Assembly (NCBI GenBank): GCA_965202785.1
Contig: OZ241855.1
Location: forward strand, 800,001-864,000
Direction of reading: 5' to 3'
Length of the DNA: 64,000 nt
From: Thermodesulfobacteriota bacterium
Lineage (GTDB): Bacteria; Desulfobacterota_D; UBA1144; Nemesobacterales; Nemesobacteraceae
Made by a program: the position numbers and the translations under genes. The notes below the pieces were generated by a model that saw only the letters and a list, made by a program, of their open reading frames with translations, was not told the DNA's origin and made no database searches. The first letter of the stretch is position 1, and each line of letters opens with the position of its first letter. Positions 1 through 8,352 of the stretch are shown here, piece by piece.

Positions 1-2
1 TT

Positions 3-1145
3 GCTACCAGTACCGGCATCTACGGATTTATTGCGGGCAACGCAATTTCTTGGGTTAACGGGTTCGGGATGTTCTTGATGATCCTGGTAGGATTCCTTCT
101 TCTCTATCTGGGGATTGCGAAGAAATTCGAACCTCTTCTTCTGGTTACGATAGCTTTCGGGTGCATATTGGCCAACATTCCGCTTGCGGGGATAAACGAC
201 CCCGGCGGGGTACTTTACTACGTGTACGATGTTGGTATAAAGACCGGTATTTTCCCCCTTCTGATATTCATGGGGGTGGGGGCGCTTACCGATTTCGGCC
301 CGCTTCTGGCTAACCCCAAGACGGTTCTTCTGGGGGGTGCGGCGCAGTTCGGCATCTTCTCGACATTGATCGGCGCACTCGTGCTTACCCAGTTCGTGCC
401 CGGAATCGATTTTTCCCTAAAAGATGCGGCGTCGATAGGAATAATAGGGTCAGCGGACGGACCGACCTCTATTTACATTTCTTCGCAGCTCTCCCCGAGG
501 CTTCTCGGTGCGGTCTCGGTCGCCGCGTATTCCTACATGGCTCTCGTGCCGATAATCCAGCCCCCGATAATGAAAGCTCTTACTTCTCCTGAAGAGAGAA
601 AAATAAGGATGAGCCAGCTTCGTCCGGTGGCGAAAAGAGAAAGAATAATGTTTCCGCTGATCGCTCTTACTCTCTGCCTTCTTTTTCTTCCATCTGCGGC
701 GCCTCTAATCGGTTTTTTCGCTTTCGGCAACCTGATGAGGGAGTGCGGAGTGGTCGACCGGCTCTCGGATACGACGAGAAACGCGCTTATCAACATAGTT
801 ACGATCTTTCTCGGCCTCGGAGTCGGCTCGCAGCTTCTTGCCTCCGAATTTCTTTCCCTTGAGACTCTTGGCATACTTCTTCTGGGGATCGTGGCTTTCT
901 GCATAGGCACGGCCTGCGGGGTGCTGATGGCCAAGCTTATGAATGTTTTCTCCGAAACCAAGATCAATCCCCTGATCGGTTCGGCAGGGGTTTCGGCGGT
1001 TCCGATGGCCGCTCGCGTCTCTCAGGATATGGGGGCCAAGGAAGACCCCCAGAACGTACTTCTGATGCACGCCATGGGTCCGAACGTGGCAGGGGTCGTG
1101 GGTTCGGCTGTAGCGGCAGGAGTGCTGCTTGCGGTTTTCCAGTAA
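3..1145 (+). CDS. oadB: Na+-translocating decarboxylase beta subunit (OadB/GcdB/MmdB family), probably 5' partial
   Basis: Motifs [62 protein letters not shown]. The frame is open back to the window edge (ATSTGIYGF...). Confidence 0.93.
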   Translation, partial: ATSTGIYGFIAGNAISWVNGFGMFLMILVGFLLLYLGIAKKFEPLLLVTIAFGCILANIPLAGINDPGGVLYYVYDVGIKTGIFPLLIFMGVGALTDFGPLLANPKTVLLGGAAQFGIFSTLIGALVLTQFVPGIDFSLKDAASIGIIGSADGPTSIYISSQLSPRLLGAVSVAAYSYMALVPIIQPPIMKALTSPEERKIRMSQLRPVAKRERIMFPLIALTLCLLFLPSAAPLIGFFAFGNLMRECGVVDRLSDTTRNALINIVTIFLGLGVGSQLLASEFLSLETLGILLLGIVAFCIGTACGVLMAKLMNVFSETKINPLIGSAGVSAVPMAARVSQDMGAKEDPQNVLLMHAMGPNVAGVVGSAVAAGVLLAVFQ

Positions 1146-1186
1146 ATTTCTGACTTGTTAGAGGAGATGTTTCCGCGGAGTCTGCG

Positions 1187-1948
1187 ATGAGATTTAAAGG
1201 ACGCTCGGCAATTATTACCGGTGGAGGAACGGGAATCGGGGAAGCGACGGCGCTTTTGCTGGCGCGAAACGGAGCCAGGGTTCTGATTACCGGAAGAAGG
1301 GAAGAGAAGCTAAAAGAGCTATGCAGCAGGGCAGAGGAAGAAGGACTTTCTATAGAGTACAAGGTCTGTGACGTTTCAATCGAGAGCGACTGCGCGGCCA
1401 CCGTGGAGACCGCTTTTCGCGAGCACGGAAAGATCGATATTCTTTTTAACAACGCCGGTATCATTTTTTCCGGCCCCTTTCACGAAGTCGAGACCGAAAG
1501 GTTTCAGCAGATTTTCGACATAAACGTGAAGGGACCGTTCATGATGTGCAAATACGCGATTCCTCACATGATTTCTGCGGGCAGAGGCTTTATCGTCAAT
1601 AACTCTTCCGTTATAGGGTTAAAGGGTTTTGCTGGACTTTCGGCCTACTCGGCATCCAAAGGGGCCCTTGTTCAGTTAACAAGAAGCATGGCCCTTGAGT
1701 ACGCGGACAAGGGACTCAGGATAAACGCTGTCTGTCCCGGCGGGGTTTGGACGCCAATGTTCGACTCCTATCTTGAGAGAGCCGAAGATGCCGAAGCGGC
1801 CCAGGCTTTTATGGAGTCGCTTCACCCCATGGGACGGCTGGCCGACCCGTACGAAATAGCTGAAGCGGTTCTGTTTCTCTGCGATGATAAGGTCATGTTC
1901 AACACGGGCTCAATGCTTTCAATAGACGGTGGTATTATAGCCAAGTGA
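1187..1948 (+). CDS. SDR family NAD(P)-dependent oxidoreductase
   Basis: TGGGTGIG, NNAG, YSASK (YxxxK), INAVCPG. Confidence 0.93.
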   Translation: MRFKGRSAIITGGGTGIGEATALLLARNGARVLITGRREEKLKELCSRAEEEGLSIEYKVCDVSIESDCAATVETAFREHGKIDILFNNAGIIFSGPFHEVETERFQQIFDINVKGPFMMCKYAIPHMISAGRGFIVNNSSVIGLKGFAGLSAYSASKGALVQLTRSMALEYADKGLRINAVCPGGVWTPMFDSYLERAEDAEAAQAFMESLHPMGRLADPYEIAEAVLFLCDDKVMFNTGSMLSIDGGIIAK

Positions 1949-2020
1949 TTGCTGGGAACCGGCCTCGAGAAACGCCTTTTTTGCCTTCCGCCCATGTCTT
2001 TTCAATTCAGGTTTTTGCCC

Positions 2021-2076
2021 TTGACGGTTCACAATAACTGATTACAATAAGAGCTAATTGAAAATCATTCTCATTT
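2021..2076 (+). promoter_or_regulatory. sigma70-like promoter followed by a Fur/Zur-type operator
   Basis: TTGACG (2021-2026), 16 bp, TACAAT (2043-2048). Then AATTGAAAAT-C-ATTCTCATTT (2056-2076), a 10-1-10 inverted repeat (8/10) resembling Fur/Zur boxes, directly upstream of a Fur-family gene. Confidence 0.7.
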
Positions 2077-2086
2077 AACAATTCTC

Positions 2087-2533
2087 ATGAAGAAAGATTT
2101 TGAATGCACTCAAGAATCGTATGCCAGAGAGATTCTGCGGGAAAAAGGGCTCAAATCCACTGTGCAGCGCCTAGCTGTCGTTCATGTTCTTCACACGAGC
2201 CGAAAATCGCTTTCGGTCGGTGAAATACACGACAAGGTGAAGGAGATGCTCGACACCACGGGGCTTGCCACCATCTACAGAACCCTTGAAATGTTCGAGG
2301 ACTTGGGCATCGTAAAGCGCCTTCATTTTCCCGACGGCAGTCGCGGTTACGCGTTTTCCCAAGGCGAACACGTTCATCACATGGTGTGCGTTGACTGCAG
2401 GGGGGTTTTCGATTTCCCCGAGTGTCCGGTGGAGAGTTTTGATTACGCTTCGGTTGAAAAGCAGGGGTTCAGAGTGAAGGATCATTTTGTACAGCTTTTC
2501 GGCCAGTGCGGGAAGTGCGCAGAGGCAGCTTAA
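2087..2533 (+). CDS. Fur family transcriptional regulator (probably Zur)
   Basis: GLKSTVQR, LATIYRTL, HVHHMVCVDC and GQCGKC Zn sites. Confidence 0.92.
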   Translation: MKKDFECTQESYAREILREKGLKSTVQRLAVVHVLHTSRKSLSVGEIHDKVKEMLDTTGLATIYRTLEMFEDLGIVKRLHFPDGSRGYAFSQGEHVHHMVCVDCRGVFDFPECPVESFDYASVEKQGFRVKDHFVQLFGQCGKCAEAA

Positions 2534-2537
2534 CAAT

Positions 2538-2927
2538 ATGATGAACCCGCTAAGAATTCAGAGACTCACCGATTACACCTCGATATCCCTTGCGGGTATC
2601 TGCGTCGTCCATTGTCTTCTGACGCCGGTGGCGCTCATACTGTTTCCGGTCTTGGGTTCGACGTTTATATTTGAAGAGTTTTTCCATGAGTTGCTGCTCT
2701 TTCTGGTCATTCCCGCAAGCGTGGTCGCCATATTTCTCGGCTGCAAACGCCACAGGGATTTCAACGTGATAATGCTGGGAATCCTGGGACTGGGCTTCCT
2801 TCTGGTAGGAGCATTTGCGGCTACGGGCTACCAGGAATACGTTTTTACTTTTATCGGCGCTTTTATCATGATTTCCGGACACCTGCGCAATTTCAGGCTT
2901 TGCAGGAAATACTGCTGCGATCACTGA
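2538..2927 (+). CDS. MerC-domain membrane protein
   Basis: ICVVHCLLTP (CxxHC) in the first TM, FHELLL, GCKRH, GHLRN, four TM segments; start trimmed to ATG 2538. Confidence 0.8.
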   Translation: MMNPLRIQRLTDYTSISLAGICVVHCLLTPVALILFPVLGSTFIFEEFFHELLLFLVIPASVVAIFLGCKRHRDFNVIMLGILGLGFLLVGAFAATGYQEYVFTFIGAFIMISGHLRNFRLCRKYCCDH

Positions 2928-3006
2928 TCCCCAAAGAAATTTAAAATTTTTCTTGAAAACAGTTTTTTTTCGTGGATAATAACCATTCACTTTTTCGGGG
3001 GTTGCA

Positions 3007-3168
3007 ATGGGAAAGTCGTTAAACAGAGTACTTGTCAAGATGAAGAGCACCGAGAGTCCTTACATCTACTACACGAAGAAAAACAAGATGAATACTCCAG
3101 ACCGTCTTGAATTGAAAAAGTACGACCCGGTGATAAGAAAGCACGTCGTCTTTAAGGAGACCAAGTAG
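3007..3168 (+). CDS. rpmG: 50S ribosomal protein L33 (Cys-free form); absent from the ORF track
   Basis: Manual translation [53 protein letters not shown] (53 aa). Confidence 0.95.
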   Translation: MGKSLNRVLVKMKSTESPYIYYTKKNKMNTPDRLELKKYDPVIRKHVVFKETK

Positions 3169-3183
3169 TCAGAGGAAATCACG

Positions 3184-3423
3184 ATGGCCCGCCGTTGCGC
3201 TATAACAGGAAAAAAACCCCTTTTCGGAAACAACGTCTCTCACGCGAACAACCACGTTAAAAGACGCCAGAATCCGAACCTGCACTGGAAGAGAATCTAC
3301 GTTCCCGAGCTAGACAGGTACGTGAGGATAAGGATTTCTGCCCGTGCGCTGAGAACGATCACCAAAAAGGGTCTTATGCCCTATCTGAGGGATGAGGGTC
3401 TTACCCTGAGGGATATAACCTAA
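3184..3423 (+). CDS. rpmB: 50S ribosomal protein L28
   Basis: MARRCAITGKKPLFGNNVSHANNHVKRRQNPNL. Confidence 0.96.
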   Translation: MARRCAITGKKPLFGNNVSHANNHVKRRQNPNLHWKRIYVPELDRYVRIRISARALRTITKKGLMPYLRDEGLTLRDIT

Positions 3424-3500
3424 CCGCTTCCTTCCTGCCGCAAGTATAAATTACCATTAATGCATTTCCCTTAAGCCGTATTGAGATACAGGGGAAACTG

Positions 3501-4205
3501 ATGTCCAAGAAAAATCTAGTCGCCAAGCAGGTAGTACGCTGTTCAATCATCTCGGAAAACGCGGAAATGGGAGACGAATTTTTTCCGGCTCACTTGTCAG
3601 TTGCTCTTATTGATGCGGTATTCAATCCTCGGCTTCGTTATAAGACAATGGTTGTACCGATCGTTGAACGGTACTGCCGCCGTTTCGTCCTTCGCAGAAC
3701 GAGGATCGACCGGAAAAACCTGCCTCCGGTGGAAGAACAGGAGACGCTTCGGGATCTGGTCGGTCACTACAAAGAGTACGGTCAGGAATATATGAGAGAA
3801 GAAGTTTTTGCTGCCCGCTACCGTTCGCCGGGAACAGATATTACGAAAGCCGAAAACGTTCTTCTCACCGCGGCTGAACTGCAAAAAATCGGAATCGACA
3901 CACTTCAGGATGCGCGCGGGGCTTCTCTTGAGCGTCCCGGAGAAATTAAGAATGCTCTTATAAAGTTGCACGGAATTGGCCAAAGGACAATTAATATGTT
4001 CCTCATGTACTCAGGCAACGACGATTTCGTGAAGGGTGACGTTCATGTCTGCAGATTTGTGGAAAAAGCGCTGGGAAGGAAAGTTTCCGCCACAGAGGCT
4101 GAAAAATCCGTTAAGGAAGCCGCACGGGAACTCAAAATCTCCCCTAGGATTCTCGACTACAAAATATGGGAGTACGAATCGCAGTTTAAACCAGCCAAGA
4201 AATAA
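3501..4205 (+). CDS. HhH-GPD-like DNA glycosylase-related hypothetical protein
   Basis: LIKLHGIGQRTINMFL (helix-hairpin-helix) followed by KGDVHVCRFV and LDYKIW; no Fe-S cysteine cluster. Confidence 0.6.
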   Translation: MSKKNLVAKQVVRCSIISENAEMGDEFFPAHLSVALIDAVFNPRLRYKTMVVPIVERYCRRFVLRRTRIDRKNLPPVEEQETLRDLVGHYKEYGQEYMREEVFAARYRSPGTDITKAENVLLTAAELQKIGIDTLQDARGASLERPGEIKNALIKLHGIGQRTINMFLMYSGNDDFVKGDVHVCRFVEKALGRKVSATEAEKSVKEAARELKISPRILDYKIWEYESQFKPAKK

Positions 4206-5073
4206 CGAACGGAAGAACCAGAAGGGAAACTGCCGTTCCGGCCACTATTATTGACGCGACCGTCTCGGAGTCCCTGCCGTATTTCTCCGCGAGCACGAAG
4301 TTGAAAACCGCCGGAGGCATTGCGCATTCCAAGATAACCACTTTCGCCTCCACTCCCTTCAGACCGAACAGATTCACGAACAGCGCTCCGAGGATTACGC
4401 CGAGAAATATTCTGGCGGAGCCGAAGAAAAAGGAAAGCCAAAGCCTGGAGATCTTCATCTCAGAGAGTTTGTATCCGAGCGAGAAGAGCATTGCGGGTAT
4501 GGTGATATCCCCGAGAAGGGCTACGGGCCTCTCGATAACTACCGGGATTTGAATGCTGGCCGAGTTTATGATTATTCCGGCTACGGTGGCGTATATCAGG
4601 GGAAGCCTGAATATCTCGCGCAGATGATTCTTTCCGGACCCGAGAATCAGGATTCCCACCGTGTAGTGAAGCAGCATGGTAGAAACGACGCAGAGTATCG
4701 CGATGTTGAACCCATACTGTCCGAACGCGAAAAGACAAAGAGGAAGTCCCAGGTTTCCCGTGTTCGCGAAAACCACGGGAGGCAGATATATCCTCGAGTC
4801 AAGCCGAAACGCTTTCGTAAGCGCCCCGCCGATTATTATGGTAGAGAAAATGACTGCCGATATCGAGAGAAACAGCTTTGCCGTCACAGACGGGTTCATC
4901 GTGAAATCCGAGAGAGACGAGATTATCAAACACGGCGTGGTCACGTAGACCACAAGATCGTTGATCGAGGATATGTCTATTTTTTTCGTCCTGCTGAAGA
5001 GAAAACCCGCGGCGATTACAAGAAACGCCGGCAGGACGATGTTTGCAAGCTCTGGGATTGAGGAAAGAGTCAT
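4186..5073 (-). CDS. AEC (auxin efflux carrier) family transporter
   Basis: FANTGNLGLPLC, PAMLFSLG, AMPPAVFNFVLA; about 9-10 TM. Confidence 0.9.
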   Translation of the reverse strand: MTLSSIPELANIVLPAFLVIAAGFLFSRTKKIDISSINDLVVYVTTPCLIISSLSDFTMNPSVTAKLFLSISAVIFSTIIIGGALTKAFRLDSRIYLPPVVFANTGNLGLPLCLFAFGQYGFNIAILCVVSTMLLHYTVGILILGSGKNHLREIFRLPLIYATVAGIIINSASIQIPVVIERPVALLGDITIPAMLFSLGYKLSEMKISRLWLSFFFGSARIFLGVILGALFVNLFGLKGVEAKVVILECAMPPAVFNFVLAEKYGRDSETVASIIVAGTAVSLLVLPFVISWLV

Positions 5074-5143
5074 GTTCTGCGTTTTTCCGTGAAGAAAAAA
5101 AGTTACGTCTTGGGTGAACAGGGTGTGGAGTCGGCGAAGGTCT

Positions 5144-6121
5144 TCAGAGTCTTACCACTGAAGCTCCCCAGGTAAAACCGGCTCCGAAAGCAGCGAACAG
5201 CACCAGATTTCCTTCTTTTACCCTTCCTTGGCGAATCGCCTCGTCGAGTGCCAGCGGAACTGAAGCCCCTGAGGTGTTTCCATACCTGTCTAGGTTTACA
5301 AACACTTTTTCTTCCGGGAAATTCAGCCTCTTTCTTACTGCTTCCAGAATTCTTTGGTTTGCTTGGTGAGGAACGAAAAGATCGATATCTTCGGGCGCAA
5401 GATCGGCTTCCTTAATGGCGTTTATGGTTGCCGACTCTATGCTCTTGACCGCGACTTTGAAGACGTCGTTTCCCTTCATCTTTATGTACTGCTCCCTGCT
5501 CTTAAGCACTTCTTCGTCAATCGGCGTTCTCGATCCTCCCGCTGGAACATAGAGAAGGTCCCAGTCGTTTCCGTCCGAACTGAGAATGGATGAGAGAATT
5601 CCCGGCTCGTCAGAAGCGGTGAGCACAGCTGCGCCCGCCCCGTCGCCAAAAAGTATGCAGGTTGAACGATCCTCGAAGTCGGTAACCTTCGAGAGAGTAT
5701 CGACCCCTATCACGAGAATTTTCTCCGCGCCGCCCGATTTTATTATTCCCTCGGCTACGTGAAGCGTGTAAAGAAACCCGGAACAACCGGCCATAAGATC
5801 AAAAGCATAGGCGTTTTTTGCTCCTAGGAGGCTCTGTAACACGCAGCCTGTTGAAGGAAAAAGGAAATCGGGGGTGATGGTTCCGACTATGATTACGTCA
5901 AGATCGCTTGGGTTTACGCTTGCCGCCTTCAGGGCTTTTTCGGCAGCTTCATAAGCGATATCAGAAGAAGCGGTATCCTCATCCGCGATTCTGCGTTCCT
6001 TTATTCCTGTTCTGGACGTAATCCACTCGTCGGAGGTTTCTACCATGTTTTCCAGGTCGGAATTGGAAAGTATGGCATCGGGAACCGAAGAACCGGTTCC
6101 TATGATTTTTACGTACTTCAA
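5144..6121 (-). CDS. fabH: beta-ketoacyl-ACP synthase III
   Basis: TSDEWITSRTGIKERR, AGCSGF, LFGDGAGA, PHQAN, YGNTSGAS. Start set at TTG 6121 behind a GGAGAG RBS; the ORF track over-extends it. Confidence 0.95.
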   Translation of the reverse strand: MKYVKIIGTGSSVPDAILSNSDLENMVETSDEWITSRTGIKERRIADEDTASSDIAYEAAEKALKAASVNPSDLDVIIVGTITPDFLFPSTGCVLQSLLGAKNAYAFDLMAGCSGFLYTLHVAEGIIKSGGAEKILVIGVDTLSKVTDFEDRSTCILFGDGAGAAVLTASDEPGILSSILSSDGNDWDLLYVPAGGSRTPIDEEVLKSREQYIKMKGNDVFKVAVKSIESATINAIKEADLAPEDIDLFVPHQANQRILEAVRKRLNFPEEKVFVNLDRYGNTSGASVPLALDEAIRQGRVKEGNLVLFAAFGAGFTWGASVVRL

Positions 6122-6162
6122 ATTGTAATCTCTCTCTCCGAAGCGGTTAGCGCAATGATAGT

Positions 6163-6636
6163 TTAAAGCCTCGGTTTTGTCAAACGCTCGCCAATTGAAG
6201 AAAAAGCCTCGTTCAGCGGCTCCATCTCGGCTTCGGTCATCTCCGCTGTGACCGATTGATGCGTCTCGTCGCAGAGAAAAATAAGGGAGTACTTTCTTAA
6301 TTTTACTAGAGTGGATAGAAAAAAAGTTTCCTCCGAGGACTCGATGAGGAAGAAGTACTCGTATTTGAGCCGTAGATCTTTTCCAGTCGTTATCCTTATT
6401 TCCATGGCGACCGAGGGAAATTCCTCTTTTTCGACCGTGAAAAACCGAGTTGATACTTTCCGAATATCGGCAAGCGCGGCGACTTTTTCCGGGCTTTCCT
6501 TGAAAATCATCAAGCATTCCTCTGCTGTTGAGTGCGGTACGCAGCCGTAGAGAATTTGGGAGAGCGCTATTTGCAGTTCAGCATCCTGCTCAAGCGTGTC
6601 ATATGTTGTTTGAGGCGTTGAAAATATGCTTGACAT
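6163..6636 (-). CDS. hypothetical protein (157 aa)
   Basis: ATG-initiated ORF filling the gap upstream of fabH; globular-looking composition; no recognised motif. Confidence 0.6.
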   Translation of the reverse strand: MSSIFSTPQTTYDTLEQDAELQIALSQILYGCVPHSTAEECLMIFKESPEKVAALADIRKVSTRFFTVEKEEFPSVAMEIRITTGKDLRLKYEYFFLIESSEETFFLSTLVKLRKYSLIFLCDETHQSVTAEMTEAEMEPLNEAFSSIGERLTKPRL

Positions 6637-6659
6637 ACTGTTTGATCAATCAGTATCAT
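6630..6659 (+). promoter_or_regulatory. promoter with a 22-bp palindrome in the spacer
   Basis: TTGACA (6630-6635), 18 bp, TATCAT (6654-6659); ATACTGTTTGA|TCAATCAGTAT (6635-6656, 10/11 symmetric). Confidence 0.55.
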
Positions 6660-6740
6660 TAAAAATAGGATTTCTTGCGGACTTTAGGTTCGTGGTTCCG
6701 GCATAGTAGTATAAAGAGTATCAGGAGGATAGATAGTCTC

Positions 6741-6989
6741 ATGACAATACAAGGTAATGAGTTGGTGCTGTTAGCCATCGTAATTCTTATCATAGGGATA
6801 GTCCTTATGTTAAACGAAGGAGGAGGAGGTGGACAGCAGGCTGCCGAACCACCCGCTCCGCCTGAACCCCAGGAGTCCCAGAGCGATGCGGATCCTTTTC
6901 AGTCCGCACAGGCGGCGCCTCAGGAGGCGAGCGCTGCAGCTCCCGCCGCTCCCTCGGGAGAAGCGGACCCTTTTCAGGCCCCGCAATAA
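6741..6989 (+). CDS. small single-pass membrane protein with DPFQ motifs
   Basis: AGGAGG RBS upstream; TM LVLLAIVILIIGIVLML; Gly linker; Ala/Pro/Glu-rich tail with two DPFQ motifs 25 aa apart. Confidence 0.7.
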   Translation: MTIQGNELVLLAIVILIIGIVLMLNEGGGGGQQAAEPPAPPEPQESQSDADPFQSAQAAPQEASAAAPAAPSGEADPFQAPQ

Positions 6990-7307
6990 CCGAGAAAAGC
7001 CTGCAGGTGGAAATGATTTTTCACGTTTAGAACCGAGTTGGCCTTCGGTTGTTGCGTGAATATGTGTGGGTGGGTTGCACTCCCCAGCAGTTCAATATTT
7101 TTAATCATAGGGGTGTTTCTTATGTCAAATGGAAAAGGAGATGTGGATCCTTTTCAGTCCGCGGTAGCACCTGCAAGCGCCGAAGTTCCTTCAGATTCCG
7201 ATGCTCCCTCGGGGGAAGTGGACCCTTTTCAGTCCGCGGTAACATCTACGAGTGCTGAGGCTCCTTCAGATTCTGATGCTGCCCCGGTTGAAGTGGATCC
7301 TTTTCAG
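6891..7307 (+). repeat. 75-bp-period coding repeat GA(T/C)CCTTTTCAG
   Basis: Cores at 6891 and 6966, and at 7146, 7221 and 7296. Confidence 0.9.
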
Positions 7308-7398
7308 GCTCCGAAATCTTAACCGAGGAAAGTCTGCAGATAGAAATGATTTTTCACGTTTAGAACCGAGTTAGCCTTCGGTTGTTGCGTGAATATGT
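6987..7398. repeat. 79-bp direct repeat (6987-7065 vs 7320-7398)
   Basis: TAACCGAG...GAATATGT, 5 mismatches in 79 by manual alignment; the second copy is the 3' end of the cobalamin-binding protein gene. Confidence 0.92.
7122..7322 (+). CDS. second DPFQ-repeat paralog (N-terminus truncated or start uncertain; alternative ATG at 7062)
   Basis: Three DPFQ motifs at a 25-aa period; upstream LIIGVFLMSNG aligns with LIIGIVLMLNE of the first copy. Confidence 0.5.
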   Translation: MSNGKGDVDPFQSAVAPASAEVPSDSDAPSGEVDPFQSAVTSTSAEAPSDSDAAPVEVDPFQAPKS

Positions 7399-8263
7399 CG
7401 GAGTGGATTATTCTTGCCAGCAATTCAATTCCGTCAACGATCCGGGGTGACGGTCTGCTGAAATAGGAGTTGGCGTCCACTATGTAGCAGTGACCTTTTT
7501 TTACCGCGCGCAACGCGTGCCATTGCCTTACCTCGCTTGTCACATCCTCTATCCCATCAAGCGTTTTCTCTACGTCGAACCCGCAGGGCATCAGGATCAG
7601 GTAGTCAGGCGATGACTCGAGTATCTCATCCCAGGTTGTTTTAAACGAAGGTTCTCCCGCCCTTGAGATTAGCGGTTCTCCCCCTGCCGTTTTTACCATC
7701 TCCGGCACCCAGTGCCCGGCGGCGTAAGGAGGGTCGAGCCACTCAAGGCAGAAAACCCCCGGTCGGTACCTTTCTCCCGAGAGCTTTTTCTCGACGCTCT
7801 CGATTCTTTTGCGAAGACCATCTACGATCTGCGAGGCCTTTTCCTTGGTTCCGGTGATTTCTCCCAGAAGCAGTATGGAATCCATTACCTCCCCGACGGT
7901 GGAGGGCTCGAGAGACAGTATTTCGGGGCTGTTCTCAAGAATCTCGCAAACTTCCGTTACCTCGTTTTCGGATACGGCGCAGACATCGCAGAGTCCCTGG
8001 GTTATGATAAGGTCCGGTTTTATCTCCCTAAGGCGCTCCGAGTCGATCAGGTAGACGCTTTTCCCTTCAGAGCGGCTTCGGCTTACAAGTTCGTCTATGT
8101 GCGCGCTTGAGAGCTTTTCCTTGAGAATGCTGTTTACGACCACGGGCTTGCTGCGTGCTTGGGGCGGATAATCGCATTCGTGGGTTACTGCGACCAGGTC
8201 CTCCTCAAGTCCGAGGGCAAATACTATCTCGGTTGAACTGGGAAGAAGCGAACATATTCTCAT
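7319..8263 (-). CDS. cobalamin/Fe-siderophore ABC substrate-binding protein (BtuF-like)
   Basis: MRICSLLPSSTEIVFALG, VAVTHECDYP, PDLIITQGLCDVCAV, LEWLDP, GHWVPEMV, YFSRPSPR. Confidence 0.88.
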   Translation of the reverse strand: MRICSLLPSSTEIVFALGLEEDLVAVTHECDYPPQARSKPVVVNSILKEKLSSAHIDELVSRSRSEGKSVYLIDSERLREIKPDLIITQGLCDVCAVSENEVTEVCEILENSPEILSLEPSTVGEVMDSILLLGEITGTKEKASQIVDGLRKRIESVEKKLSGERYRPGVFCLEWLDPPYAAGHWVPEMVKTAGGEPLISRAGEPSFKTTWDEILESSPDYLILMPCGFDVEKTLDGIEDVTSEVRQWHALRAVKKGHCYIVDANSYFSRPSPRIVDGIELLARIIHSDIFTQQPKANSVLNVKNHFYLQTFLG

Positions 8264-8352
8264 GGCAGTTATTATACAATCCACTGGGAAAGATCCCCAA
8301 GTCCTTCGGCGGCATTTCTTTTTTTGCCGCTCCGGCGTGTAAAATAGTATCC

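Noticed and set aside
6122-6517. 132-aa N-terminal extension of FabH in the ORF track
   Set aside because: It overlaps the 157-aa ORF; FabH homology starts at TTG 6121, which has an RBS
6891-7307. Regularly spaced short repeats resembling a CRISPR array
   Set aside because: The period is 75 bp (in frame), spacers are homologous to each other, repeats vary at synonymous positions and no cas genes are present; it is a coding repeat
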